A DNA stretch of 45,854 nt from Faecousia sp. (GCA_045578025.1 JAZNJN010000022.1:1-45854); one strand, 5' to 3'. Shown: positions 1-9,360, counted from the first letter of the stretch. Notes: a model not told the origin generated them from the letters alone. Program-made: numbers and translations.

Positions 1-83
1 AGTCAACAACTTTTTTCTTTATTTTTCCGGTTTTTTTGTTATAATGGGGGTAGAAACTTAAAGGATTTCAGGAGGTTATCCCT

Positions 84-500
84 ATGAAGCGAATTATGGC
101 GATTGACTACGGCGATGCCCGCACCGGTATTGCCGTTTCCGACCTTTTGTGCAGTATCGTGGGCACGACTACGGTAATCCACAGCCACAACCCGGAAAAG
201 ACTGTTTTAGAAATTTGCCGCCTTGTGAAAGAAAATGATGTAGGCGAGCTGGTTATGGGCTTTCCCCGGAATATGGACGGAAGCGAAGGACCCAGAGCGG
301 AGCTGTACCGGGAGTTTGCGGGAAAGCTGGAAACGGCGGCAGGAATGCCTGTGAGACTGTGGGACGAGAGAAGGACTACGGTGGAGGCCCACCAGATCTT
401 ATCTGCCCACAATTACCACGGCAAGAAACGGAAAAATACCGTGGATGCAGTGGCAGCTTCTTTGATCCTGGAAAGCTATTTATCCTTTCGCGGTCGATAA
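84..500 (+). CDS. ruvX: YqgF/RuvX family RNase H-fold nuclease (putative pre-16S rRNA nuclease / Holliday junction resolvase-like)
   Basis: Motifs IMAIDYGDARTGIAVSD, GFPRNMDG, WDERRTT and VDAVAASLIL; GGAGG RBS upstream; TGnTATAAT near 37-45. Confidence 0.93.
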   Translation: MKRIMAIDYGDARTGIAVSDLLCSIVGTTTVIHSHNPEKTVLEICRLVKENDVGELVMGFPRNMDGSEGPRAELYREFAGKLETAAGMPVRLWDERRTTVEAHQILSAHNYHGKKRKNTVDAVAASLILESYLSFRGR

Positions 501-850
501 AACAGCTCCCGAAAACCGGTGACGAGCAACAATCCGCCGAAAAGCTTCCTTACGGTCTCCTGATCTATTACATTTCGTAAAAATGAAAACAGTGCAGCCA
601 TGATACTCCCTGCGATGATCGCCGGGAGTATCTCTTTTACACGAATTGCACCCTTCTTCCAGCGAACAACGGATACACTGCCTGCGGCGGTGATAAAGAA
701 CATCAGATTGATCATTCTTGCGGTGCCGGGATCCATGTGCAGCGCCAATGTGAGCCATAGGATCAGCAGGCTGCCGCCACCGATGCCCAGTCCAGCAAGA
801 AATCCCAGTACTGCACCGACAAGGACTGTGATAGGCAGGGAAGTCAGCAT
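476..850 (-). CDS. Half-size TauE/SafE (sulfite exporter family) membrane protein
   Basis: GFLAGLGIGGGSLL motif and about 4 TM segments. Start moved to MLTSLP (850), which overlaps the upstream partner's stop. Overlaps ruvX convergently by 25 nt. Confidence 0.8.
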   Translation of the reverse strand: MLTSLPITVLVGAVLGFLAGLGIGGGSLLILWLTLALHMDPGTARMINLMFFITAAGSVSVVRWKKGAIRVKEILPAIIAGSIMAALFSFLRNVIDQETVRKLFGGLLLVTGFRELFYRPRKDK

Positions 851-1194
851 AAATACCGCACCCCACCCCATAAAATCAGCAGCCCGAGGGCCCGATGCAG
901 CCATTTGACCGGTATTTTGTCACCGATGAAACCTGCCAGAAGACCGCCGACAATACTTCCTAACAGATATGGCCATGCTGTTGCAAAAGGGATGTCTGTT
1001 CCAACGGCAGAAATACACAGCGACACAATACAAATCGGAAGGATAATAGAAACAGAAGAGGGGAATACCTGTTCCTCTTTTATATCTGTCAACCAAGTCA
1101 ATAAAGGCACAAGCAGCATCCCGCCGCCGGCACCGAACAAACCGTTCACCGCTCCTGCTGCAGCACCGGCGATCCACATCCCATATTTTTTCAA
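844..1194 (-). CDS. Half-size TauE/SafE family membrane protein
   Basis: GAVNGLFGAGGGMLLVP motif, hydrophobic, TTG start with an AAGGGGG RBS. Confidence 0.82.
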   Translation of the reverse strand: MKKYGMWIAGAAAGAVNGLFGAGGGMLLVPLLTWLTDIKEEQVFPSSVSIILPICIVSLCISAVGTDIPFATAWPYLLGSIVGGLLAGFIGDKIPVKWLHRALGLLILWGGVRYLC

Positions 1195-1242
1195 TTTATC
1201 GCCCCCTTACTGTAAGAATTTCCGTCCGGGCGCGAATTATAC

Positions 1243-1276
1243 AAAAAACAGGTCGGATCCGATGATCCGACCTGTT
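1243..1276 (-). terminator. Rho-independent terminator of the foldase gene
   Basis: AACAGGTCGGATC-cgat-GATCCGACCTGTT hairpin followed by a T-run on the minus strand, just past the stop at 1284. Confidence 0.85.
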
Positions 1277-1283
1277 CATGATA

Positions 1284-2942
1284 TTAGTAACCCATTACGT
1301 AATCCGTTTCCATACCGGAAAGGTTTACTTTTGTTACATTCACTTTTTCGGAGATATCCTCCATCCACTTCTCGCTGTCCTGGGCGATCAATTCGTTCTT
1401 GATCATGTAATCGCGATAGGTGATATCCTGAGTCTTGACGAAGTACATAACATGGTAGCCGTACTCGGTCTCGACCAGACCGGTATCGCCGGGCTTGCGA
1501 TTTTCATCGAAGCACCAGTCATTGAAGGCGGAAACCATCTGGCCGGGGTAGACGTTCTCATACAGACCGCCGTCCTTGCCGTCGCTGTCCTTGCTGTTCA
1601 GGTTCGCCAGAGCGGCAAAGGTGTCTTCGTTGTGGCCTTCCTCAGCCAGCCATCCATCCAACAGGAGCTGTGCCTTTTCCTTTGCCTTATTCTTTTCCTC
1701 AACGGTATAGGTCTTCTCGCCGGTGGTGGAATCGGTCTTGCCGCCCTCGAAGCCGATCAGAATATGACGGACATCGACAAGGTTGGTCAGATTGTCATCG
1801 CGCTCCACGAAGTAAACCACATAGTAACCGGTGGTCTCCAGAGTGGTGGACTTATCGTCGTTGGTCTTTTTCTGGGTAATGGGGATGACAGTAGTGTCAT
1901 TCATCTGACGGCCGGAGTTGCCAACCCAACGCTGAATGTCGGTGTTGGAAATGCTGTTGTAGAACACATTGTCGTTCTGGGTAGCAGCTGCCTTATCGTT
2001 CTTCTCGTTGATTTTCAGACCCTTGATGTAGCCGTTAAACTGCTCAACAGTGGTGATGGGGGAACCGGCGAGAGCATCTGCGTCCTTCTTGGCAGCCTCC
2101 AGAGCAGCAGCCTTCTGCTCATCGGTATAGGTGGTCTTACCGTCCTCACCCTTGGTACCTTCACCCAGATAATCGCTAACTTTAATCTGATAGGTGGCAT
2201 AAGTGAAGGTAGAGTATACATTAAACTTGCCCTTTTCGTAGTCGCGGTACTGCTCGTCGGTATACTCCAGAGACTCCACATACTTCTGATAATAAGAAGT
2301 AGCCAGTGCGGTGACCTCGTAATAGTTGCGGTAGGTCTTGACGTTGGCGCCGTCGCCATAGGAACCGCGCAGATAGCTGGCTGCACTGGAGTAGCCATAG
2401 TTGACTGCGCTGGCGTTCAAATTATTAAAATAGGTATCAAGAGCCTTCTGCTCGTCCTCGGTCAGGGAGTGCTTATCTGCTACAGCTTTGTCGTACAGGC
2501 CGTAGATGCCCTTGGCACTCTCGATTGCCTGGTCTACAAAGTAATCGCCCCAGTTGCTGTCGTCCTTTGCCTGCTCATTCAGAGGCTTGGAAATGTCAAA
2601 GGGGAGAGCCAGCTGCCAGTAATTACCGTAGGAGGGATAGTACTGGTTGTAAATATTGGTGTAATAATCGTTAATGGCGTCCACATAGAAGTAGCTCAGG
2701 TCCGTGGTGCTCAGCTCATGCTCGCCAACGGTAACAGCATGGGTGCTGCGGTTGATCACGCCAATGACGGGACCGCTGAGTGTTACGCCCAGAACGATCG
2801 CCACGATCAGGACCATAACTACCGTAAAGGTAAGGGTGTAGGCTTTCAGAGATTTTGCCTCTTTTAATTCTTTCTGCTGCTTTTCGGTCATAGCCGCAGC
2901 ATTCTGCTCCTTACGGAGTTTTTTCTTGCTGGATGCGCTCAT
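1284..2942 (-). CDS. Membrane-anchored parvulin-type peptidyl-prolyl isomerase (PrsA/SurA-like foldase)
   Basis: Basic N-terminus plus one TM helix; rotamase motifs VDVRHILI, PGQMVSAFNDWCF and VETEYGYHVMY. Start at MSASSKK (2942) has a GAGGAA RBS; the ORF-track start at 3137 runs into the terminator and RNA. Confidence 0.88.
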   Translation of the reverse strand: MSASSKKKLRKEQNAAAMTEKQQKELKEAKSLKAYTLTFTVVMVLIVAIVLGVTLSGPVIGVINRSTHAVTVGEHELSTTDLSYFYVDAINDYYTNIYNQYYPSYGNYWQLALPFDISKPLNEQAKDDSNWGDYFVDQAIESAKGIYGLYDKAVADKHSLTEDEQKALDTYFNNLNASAVNYGYSSAASYLRGSYGDGANVKTYRNYYEVTALATSYYQKYVESLEYTDEQYRDYEKGKFNVYSTFTYATYQIKVSDYLGEGTKGEDGKTTYTDEQKAAALEAAKKDADALAGSPITTVEQFNGYIKGLKINEKNDKAAATQNDNVFYNSISNTDIQRWVGNSGRQMNDTTVIPITQKKTNDDKSTTLETTGYYVVYFVERDDNLTNLVDVRHILIGFEGGKTDSTTGEKTYTVEEKNKAKEKAQLLLDGWLAEEGHNEDTFAALANLNSKDSDGKDGGLYENVYPGQMVSAFNDWCFDENRKPGDTGLVETEYGYHVMYFVKTQDITYRDYMIKNELIAQDSEKWMEDISEKVNVTKVNLSGMETDYVMGY

Positions 2943-3008
2943 GTAATCAATTCCTCTCATTGTGCTATTGGTTGCGCTGCGCACATAGTTATACGCATAG
3001 ACCAAAAT

Positions 3009-3037
3009 ATTATAACCTAATTTTCCAACAGTTGCAA
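3009..3037 (-). promoter_or_regulatory. Sigma-A promoter of the foldase gene
   Basis: Minus strand TTGCAA-N17-TATAAT. Confidence 0.7.
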
Positions 3038-3082
3038 GTGTTTTCTTTGGGATTTTGTAGAAAAAGGAAAAAAGTTCACAAT

Positions 3083-3111
3083 AAAAACATGGGGAGCAGC
3101 CGCTCCCCATG
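3083..3111 (-). terminator. Terminator directly after 6S RNA
   Basis: CATGGGGAGC-N4-GCTCCCCATG hairpin followed by TTTTTATT on the minus strand. Confidence 0.85.
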
Positions 3112-3322
3112 CCATATATCCCGCTTTGGCCGTGCATACCCGATTATGACCTGCACCAAAAGGCAGGTGGGTCGCCGCTCCATACCATAACTGCTCCCAA
3201 CGTCCGCTTACACGCATAGGTCATAAGCGGGAGGTCTGCAAACCGGCAGGGAAATCAAGCATCCCTATTAATAAATGTGGGTCCAAAAGGGCACGTCACG
3301 CACCAAGCAGGAGGTATATGCC
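3112..3322 (-). ncRNA. ssrS: 6S RNA (SsrS)
   Basis: About 210 nt without a credible CDS. The ends pair into a long closing stem (GCATATAC-CTCCTGCTTGGTGCGTG ... CACGGCCAAAGCGGGATATATGGC). Clostridial 6S-like blocks are present (GGACCCACATTTATTAATAGGG; CCCACCTGCC...GCAGGTC), followed by a terminator. Recognised by eye; needs an Rfam check. Confidence 0.72.
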
Positions 3323-3607
3323 TTAGTCTTCTTCCTGCTGGGCGTAAAGTTGATCCATGATCAGATCGTTAACTGCTTCCAGTTCTGCATCATCCTCAAT
3401 GGCGCAAAGGATACTCTCGCCGCCTTCATCAACAGACTTCAGAATGCTCACCTGCAAGTCAGCAAGTTCACTGCTTTCCCCGTCAGCGGGAATTACAGCG
3501 AGATAGGAGCAGCCGTTATACTCCACTGTGGTCAATACCTCCAGCTCATATTCGGTACCGTCCTCATCTACAATGGTCATAAAGTCAGAACCGTACAGAT
3601 CGCTCAT
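3323..3607 (-). CDS. DUF1292 family acidic protein (YrzB-like)
   Basis: Pattern TIVDEDGTEYELEVL...YLAVIP...LCAIEDDAELEAV; GGAGG RBS. Confidence 0.85.
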   Translation of the reverse strand: MSDLYGSDFMTIVDEDGTEYELEVLTTVEYNGCSYLAVIPADGESSELADLQVSILKSVDEGGESILCAIEDDAELEAVNDLIMDQLYAQQEED

Positions 3608-3640
3608 TTCTCAATCCTCCCAGATTGTTTCTCTACCGAT

Positions 3641-3669
3641 ATTTTACTGTAATCCGGTGTCAAAATCAA
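3641..3669 (-). promoter_or_regulatory. Putative sigma-A promoter for DUF1292 (and possibly 6S RNA)
   Basis: Minus strand TTGATT-N17-TAAAAT. Confidence 0.55.
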
Positions 3670-3695
3670 GTGGGAATTGCAGTAGCCTCTATATC

Positions 3696-3920
3696 TTAGG
3701 AGAGATAATCCTCCATCAACCGAAGCAGATCTTCCTTTGATTCAAAGCGGATACCTTCTTCCAGTGCTCTGCGGTCTGCTACGGGGAGCATTTGCGCAGA
3801 GTATGGGAAGACTTTGATCGGCTCAGGATCTTCGTCCTGCCACAATGCGATCTGCCCGTTATGGACACCAAGCAGAAACCCCAGCAATAGGATGCAAAAT
3901 ATATGAGAAAGCTTTTTCAT
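3696..3920 (-). CDS. Small secreted protein with a BofC C-terminal-like domain
   Basis: Signal-like N-terminus; LGVHNGQIAL...LPVADRRALEEGI...LLRLMEDYLS resembles BofC_C; AGGAGG RBS before ATG 3920. Confidence 0.65.
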   Translation of the reverse strand: MKKLSHIFCILLLGFLLGVHNGQIALWQDEDPEPIKVFPYSAQMLPVADRRALEEGIRFESKEDLLRLMEDYLS

Positions 3921-3960
3921 GGACGCACCTCCTGGTGATAGTATGGTTTTGAAAAGCAAA

Positions 3961-3995
3961 AAAATACTGCCGGCCTACAAAAAGCTGGCAGTATT
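3961..3995 (-). terminator. Terminator of the CBM9-like gene
   Basis: AATACTGCCGGC...GCTGGCAGTATT hairpin with a T7 run on the minus strand. Confidence 0.7.
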
Positions 3996-3998
3996 CTC

Positions 3999-4592
3999 TT
4001 ATTCAAGCCTCATCAGTCCAAAATATTCGGGACAGTGAAAATTGGGAGAGGGCAGAGGTATGGGATTCCATGCAAGATAGTGCGGCTGCACTGTCAGATC
4101 GCCGCATTTATAGCAATTGGCCCGGATACTTCCGCCGGATAGCGGCCTAAAATCCGGAAAAAAGTGTCGGATCAGGGAGCAGGGAACTGCATATGTAAGA
4201 TTCCATCCGTACTCTGTACGGCTGATGATCGGTGTAATTGGAGGCGTTACGGGCAACAGCCGCGTAAATCCGGAAGGTCCCCCAAGGCCCAGAAACATAC
4301 AACCGTTCGGGTTAATTTCAATATTCATGTAACGAGGGTCATCATGTATCGGGGAAAAGAAGAACTCCAAACAACTGTCCTCATACGGAAGGCCCAGCTT
4401 ACCGGTATTTTCGGCACGGATATTGGGTTCCCGGGCAGATAGATGTACATAAAAGGCTTCTTCATCATAACACAGTTTTGCTTCAGCGCTAATCGGCACT
4501 TCCGGTGACCAAAGCAGGCAATCAATCTGTAATGCTGGTATTTTATCCCAGTCAAGCACTTCAGGTTTTTGTTGGATCATATACTCTTTCAT
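3999..4592 (-). CDS. Carbohydrate-binding family 9-like protein
   Basis: Motifs EDSCLEFFF, YMNIEINPNG, RANCYKCGD and PNFHCPEYFG; start MKEY at 4592 with an AGGAG RBS. Confidence 0.8.
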   Translation of the reverse strand: MKEYMIQQKPEVLDWDKIPALQIDCLLWSPEVPISAEAKLCYDEEAFYVHLSAREPNIRAENTGKLGLPYEDSCLEFFFSPIHDDPRYMNIEINPNGCMFLGLGGPSGFTRLLPVTPPITPIISRTEYGWNLTYAVPCSLIRHFFPDFRPLSGGSIRANCYKCGDLTVQPHYLAWNPIPLPSPNFHCPEYFGLMRLE

Positions 4593-4824
4593 ATCTGACT
4601 CCTGAATATCAAAAAGGATTACCGTAATTCTAACATAACAGCACTTGTTAGGCAACAGAGATTATCGTATATTTGTAAATTTTTATTTTCTGGTAAAAAT
4701 AGTTCTTTCGTTTTGCATTTGGGTATGCTATAATAATATGACTGATGGTATGCAATTATGCCGGAAGTGAATTCAACGTAACCTTGCGAGCCCTTTGGCT
4801 GCTGTTATTTTTGGAGGTATCAGC

Positions 4825-7602
4825 ATGGCTAATGAGAATAATAGTCGGAAAGTAAAGGTGTCCAGACAGTCCTGGAAGCCCGGTCGCGCACTGACCACTC
4901 TGCGCAGTATCTGGACCGTTGCCTATTCCGTTCTGAAGATCGCTTTTGGCGCATTGGCAACAGTGCTCATCATTGCCGGTGTCTGTTTGCTTGTGTTTGT
5001 AGGTATTCTGGGCGATTATCTGGAGAACGACATTCTGCCCAATGCAGATGCGGATCTGGATACCATCGTTTTGGATCAAACCTCTTACGCATATTATATC
5101 GACGCTTCCGGAAACATTCAGACGCTTCAGAAGCTGTTTGCGGACGTAAAGCAGGAATGGGTGGACTATGAGGATATCCCCAAGGATCTGATTCATGCCG
5201 CTGTGGCTATTGAGGATAAGCGTTTCTTTGAGCATCAGGGAGTTGACTGGTTTACCACTGCAAAAGCCTGTATTAATATGTTTGTTGGCGCAAGAGGTCA
5301 GTTTGGCGGCTCATCCATCACCCAGCAGCTGATCAAGAACTATTTTAAGGCAGATGATGTGACTGTTCAGCGTAAAGTTCTGGAGATCTTCCGCGCCGTT
5401 GAGCTGGAGAAACGGTACGACAAAACTGTTATCATGGAGTATTACCTGAACATCATCTATCTGGGAGAGCGCTGTAACGGCGTCAAGGCCGCCGCTGCCG
5501 CCTATTTCGGCAAGGAGCTGGAGCATCTGACTCCCGCGGAATGCGCGGCACTGATCAGTATTACCAATAATCCGTCCCTGTATAATCCCTACCGAACCAC
5601 CCTGGACAAGTCCGGCAAGACTGGCATGGAGCAAAACAATGAGCGGCGTATCAATACACTGTGGATGATGCGCAACGAAGGTTATTTAACAGAAGAAGTG
5701 TACCAGGAAGCCATTGCACAAGAATTGGTACTCAAGCGTGGCATTGACGCGGAAGATAAGGTAGCAGATTGCATGAACGAAGCCTGCGGCTTTCATGGAA
5801 AGGTCGGTACCTTTGACAAGCGCAGTGACGGCAAGTATTACTGCCCCCAGTGCGGCGCTGTAACTGCCATCGGTGAGAACGCCTCCCAGGAAGTCTATTC
5901 CTACTTTATGGACACTGTGATTGAAGATGTGGCAAAAGCCCTTGCAGAGAAGAACGGTGTGGAGTGGAATGCGGACACAAAAGAGGCCTATACGGAACTG
6001 ATCGGCCGCAGCGGCTACCATATTTATACCACTTTGGATATGGAAGTCCAGAAAGCAGTTGATAAAATCTATGAGGACTTAAGCCAGATTCCCGCAGACC
6101 GCAGCCTGCAGCAGCTCCAGTCCGGTATTGTAATTATTGACAATGTAACCGGCGATATTGTTGCCATGTCCGGTGGTGTTGGTGAGAAGACTGTCCACGA
6201 CGGCTTGAACCGTGCCACGGATTCCCGTCTGCAGCCTGGTTCTTCCTTTAAGCCGCTGACGGTCTACGCCCCCGGTTTTGAACTGGGTGTCATCACACCG
6301 GCATCTGTTGTCAAGGATATACCTCTTTACTACACCAACGGCAGACCTTATCCTTACAATGACGACCGTGAATATTCTTACAGCCGTTCCATTAAGGATG
6401 CTGTGAAGCACTCCGTCAATGCAGTTGCGGTCAACACACTGGATGCCCTTGGACTGGGTTACAGTTACAAATTTGCCACGGAGAAATTCGGTATTTCTAC
6501 ACTGGTCCAGCAGTATGTAAACTCCAATGGCACTTTTTTCTCCGATGAAGACTATTCTCCGCTGGCTCTGGGTGCACCTACCTTTGGCGTCACCATCCGG
6601 GATATGGCTAACGCTTACGCCACCTTTGCCAACAAGGGTACGTTCCGGGAAGCAAGAACCTTTACTAAGGTCTATAACAGCAAGGGCGAAGTAGTTCTGG
6701 ATAACACCCAGGATTCTCAGCAGATCCTCAGCGAAAAAGCAGTAAACTATATGAATTACTGCCTGGATGAAGCGGTTGCCGGCGGTACCGGTACCGGCGC
6801 AGATCTGCGGGAAATCGGCATGAATGTTGCTGGTAAGACAGGTTCTACCTCCAGCTATAAGGACCGCTGGTTCTGCGGCTTTACACCTTACTACACTGCA
6901 GCTGCATGGTGCGGTTATGATACTCCCGAGGTCATCAGCCTTGTCAAAGGAGGTAACCCTGCAGCACAGCTTTGGAAGAAAGTTATGCTGCCCATCAATA
7001 CCGGCAAGGAAGTGGTGCCACTGTATGATGCCACGGATATGATCGAAGTCAGTGTCTGTCTGGACTGCGGCAAACTGGCAACAGATGCCTGTGCCGTGGA
7101 AGCACGGTACTTTAATTCCGGCGCTGTTCGCATCACTAATGCAAAGGTTTATGCGGAGGACGCACCGCTGGAGGAATGTGACTGCCATGTGGTTGTTGAC
7201 TTCTGCGAAAGCTGCAATGCCGTTGCCAATGACTACTGCAAGAAGCTGGCCGCTGTGGGCAGAGCAAGCCTTACCAAGCGTTCGCTGGTCAAAATGACTC
7301 AAACTGAGGTCAATAATGTGGCTGCCGCCTGGAATAACGGCCTGTGGGGACAGCACAAAGCGGACAACTATGTCTATCTTGTGGATCGTGACGGCAATCC
7401 CGTCAACAATTACAAGGGAATCCGCGGCAATCAGAATGTGGGTGTGAAAGCACCTTACCTTGTCTGTACTACCCATACAAAGGCTAACTGGGATGCGTTC
7501 CTTGCGCAAAACCCCGGTTACAAGGATACAGACGAGGATAACAAAACAGAAACAACCATAAACCCCACAACAACAGATAAAGATACAAAAGACGAGGATT
7601 AA
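4825..7602 (+). CDS. Class A penicillin-binding protein (transglycosylase/transpeptidase, PBP1A-like) with Cys-rich inserts
   Basis: TM anchor; GT motifs EDKRFFEHQG, GSSITQQLIKN and RKVLE; TP motifs SSFK, SVN and KTG; GGAGG RBS before ATG 4825. Confidence 0.92.
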   Translation: MANENNSRKVKVSRQSWKPGRALTTLRSIWTVAYSVLKIAFGALATVLIIAGVCLLVFVGILGDYLENDILPNADADLDTIVLDQTSYAYYIDASGNIQTLQKLFADVKQEWVDYEDIPKDLIHAAVAIEDKRFFEHQGVDWFTTAKACINMFVGARGQFGGSSITQQLIKNYFKADDVTVQRKVLEIFRAVELEKRYDKTVIMEYYLNIIYLGERCNGVKAAAAAYFGKELEHLTPAECAALISITNNPSLYNPYRTTLDKSGKTGMEQNNERRINTLWMMRNEGYLTEEVYQEAIAQELVLKRGIDAEDKVADCMNEACGFHGKVGTFDKRSDGKYYCPQCGAVTAIGENASQEVYSYFMDTVIEDVAKALAEKNGVEWNADTKEAYTELIGRSGYHIYTTLDMEVQKAVDKIYEDLSQIPADRSLQQLQSGIVIIDNVTGDIVAMSGGVGEKTVHDGLNRATDSRLQPGSSFKPLTVYAPGFELGVITPASVVKDIPLYYTNGRPYPYNDDREYSYSRSIKDAVKHSVNAVAVNTLDALGLGYSYKFATEKFGISTLVQQYVNSNGTFFSDEDYSPLALGAPTFGVTIRDMANAYATFANKGTFREARTFTKVYNSKGEVVLDNTQDSQQILSEKAVNYMNYCLDEAVAGGTGTGADLREIGMNVAGKTGSTSSYKDRWFCGFTPYYTAAAWCGYDTPEVISLVKGGNPAAQLWKKVMLPINTGKEVVPLYDATDMIEVSVCLDCGKLATDACAVEARYFNSGAVRITNAKVYAEDAPLEECDCHVVVDFCESCNAVANDYCKKLAAVGRASLTKRSLVKMTQTEVNNVAAAWNNGLWGQHKADNYVYLVDRDGNPVNNYKGIRGNQNVGVKAPYLVCTTHTKANWDAFLAQNPGYKDTDEDNKTETTINPTTTDKDTKDED

Positions 7603-7604
7603 TC

Positions 7605-8477
7605 ATGATCTGGATTTCCGATGAATGGAAAGATTACGAGGTTCTGGACACCTCTGACGGTGAGCGTCTGGAGCGGTGGGGGAAGTATACCCTCGTCCGC
7701 CCGGATCCTCAGGTGATCTGGAACACGCCGAAGGAGCATCCCGGCTGGCGGAAATTTGACGCCCGCTATGTCCGCTCCAATACCGGCGGCGGTCACTGGA
7801 CTGACCATCACCTGCCGGAGCGCTGGCAGATCCGGTACAAGGACTATCTGACATTCAATGTCAAACCCATGAATTTTAAGCATACAGGCGTGTTTCCTGA
7901 GCAGGCTGCCAACTGGGATTTTATCCGCGATACCGTCGCCGAGGCTGCAGCAAAGCGCCCTGTGCGGGTGCTGAACCTGTTTGCTTACTCCGGTGGCGCT
8001 ACGCTGGCGGCTGCTGCCGGCGGTGCGGAGGTGTACCATGTGGACGCCTCCAAGGGCATGGTGGCATGGGCAAAGGAAAACGCTCAGGCCAGTGGTTTAG
8101 CTGACCGTCCCATTCACTGGATTGTGGATGATTGCGGCAAGTTTATCCAGCGGGAGATCCGCAGAGGACGCCGCTATGACGGTATCATTATGGATCCACC
8201 TAGCTACGGCAGAGGACCCAGCGGTGAGATCTGGAAGATGGAAACAAGCTTTTATCCCTTCCTTCTGGAAACAGCAAAGCTGTTGACCGACAATCCGCTG
8301 TTTGTGATCATTAATTCTTATACCACCGGACTTGCACCCTCTGCTGTTGGCTACGCATCCGATGTGGTGTTTGGATCGAAGCATGGCGGTAAAACGCAGG
8401 TAGGGGAGCTGGGACTTCCGGTAACCTCCAGCGGAATCATGCTGCCTTGCGGCGCAACCGGAAGATGGACACCCTAA
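7605..8477 (+). CDS. Class I SAM-dependent methyltransferase (RlmI/RlmK-like family)
   Basis: Motifs KHTGVFPEQ, VLNLFAYSGG, HVDAS and IIMDPPSYG. Confidence 0.85.
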   Translation: MIWISDEWKDYEVLDTSDGERLERWGKYTLVRPDPQVIWNTPKEHPGWRKFDARYVRSNTGGGHWTDHHLPERWQIRYKDYLTFNVKPMNFKHTGVFPEQAANWDFIRDTVAEAAAKRPVRVLNLFAYSGGATLAAAAGGAEVYHVDASKGMVAWAKENAQASGLADRPIHWIVDDCGKFIQREIRRGRRYDGIIMDPPSYGRGPSGEIWKMETSFYPFLLETAKLLTDNPLFVIINSYTTGLAPSAVGYASDVVFGSKHGGKTQVGELGLPVTSSGIMLPCGATGRWTP

Positions 8478-8493
8478 CGGGGAGGATACGATT

Positions 8494-9342
8494 TTGGGCA
8501 CAGCAATTTTTGTAAAAAATCTTGCATACACTTATCCGGGCGTGGATGACACGCCCGGCGTCGCCGTATTTAAGGATATGAATCTTACTGTGGAAGAAGG
8601 CAGCTTTGTTGCCATTCTTGGCAGCAACGGCTGTGGAAAATCCACTCTGGCAAAGCATTTTAATTCTATTCTTCTGCCTTCCGGCGGTACTGTCCATGTG
8701 TTTGGTATGGATACCTCGGATGAGGAGAAGCTGATGTCCATCCGCCGCACAGTTGGCATGGTGTTCCAGAATCCGGATAACCAGATTGTTGCCAATGTGG
8801 TGGAGGAGGATGTGGCTTTCGGTCCGGAAAACTTAGGCATTGCCGGTCCCGCCATCCGTCAACGGGTGGACAACGCGCTGAAGCAGGTTGGCATGTACGA
8901 ATATCGGGAGCACGCCCCTCATCTGCTCTCTGGTGGTCAAAAACAGCGGGTCGCCATTGCAGGCATTATTGCCATGGAGCCAAAATGCATCGTTCTGGAT
9001 GAGCCCACAGCCATGCTGGACCCCAGAGGCCGCAGAGAGGTCATGCAGACCATTTCCCGGCTGAACAAGGAAAAGAACATTACCGTCGTGCTGATCACCC
9101 ACCACATGGACGAGGCTGCTCAGGCAGAGCGTGTAGTCGTACTGCACAAGGGTGGAATTGCCGCTGACGGCACGCCTAAGGAAGTATTTTCACAGGTTGA
9201 TCTGCTGCACAGCATCGGTCTTGCAGCCCCCGAAACCGTGGAGCTTTGTCATACACTGAATCAGCAGGGTTTAGATCTGCCGCTGGATCGCTTGAATTAC
9301 GAAGATTGCGCGCAGTTACTTTATAACGAGGTAAAGAACTGA
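8494..9342 (+). CDS. ecfA1: ECF transporter ATPase A1
   Basis: Walker A GSNGCGKST, VFQNPDNQ, LSGGQKQR, LDEPT; TTG start with GGAGG. Confidence 0.93.
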   Translation: MGTAIFVKNLAYTYPGVDDTPGVAVFKDMNLTVEEGSFVAILGSNGCGKSTLAKHFNSILLPSGGTVHVFGMDTSDEEKLMSIRRTVGMVFQNPDNQIVANVVEEDVAFGPENLGIAGPAIRQRVDNALKQVGMYEYREHAPHLLSGGQKQRVAIAGIIAMEPKCIVLDEPTAMLDPRGRREVMQTISRLNKEKNITVVLITHHMDEAAQAERVVVLHKGGIAADGTPKEVFSQVDLLHSIGLAAPETVELCHTLNQQGLDLPLDRLNYEDCAQLLYNEVKN

Positions 9343-9360
9343 CCGTAGGAGGAAAAGAGA

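Noticed and set aside
2943-3217. N-terminal extension of the foldase and short ORFs 2933-3190 and 3017-3217
   Set aside because: They cover the promoter, terminator and 6S RNA; the RBS supports the 2942 start.
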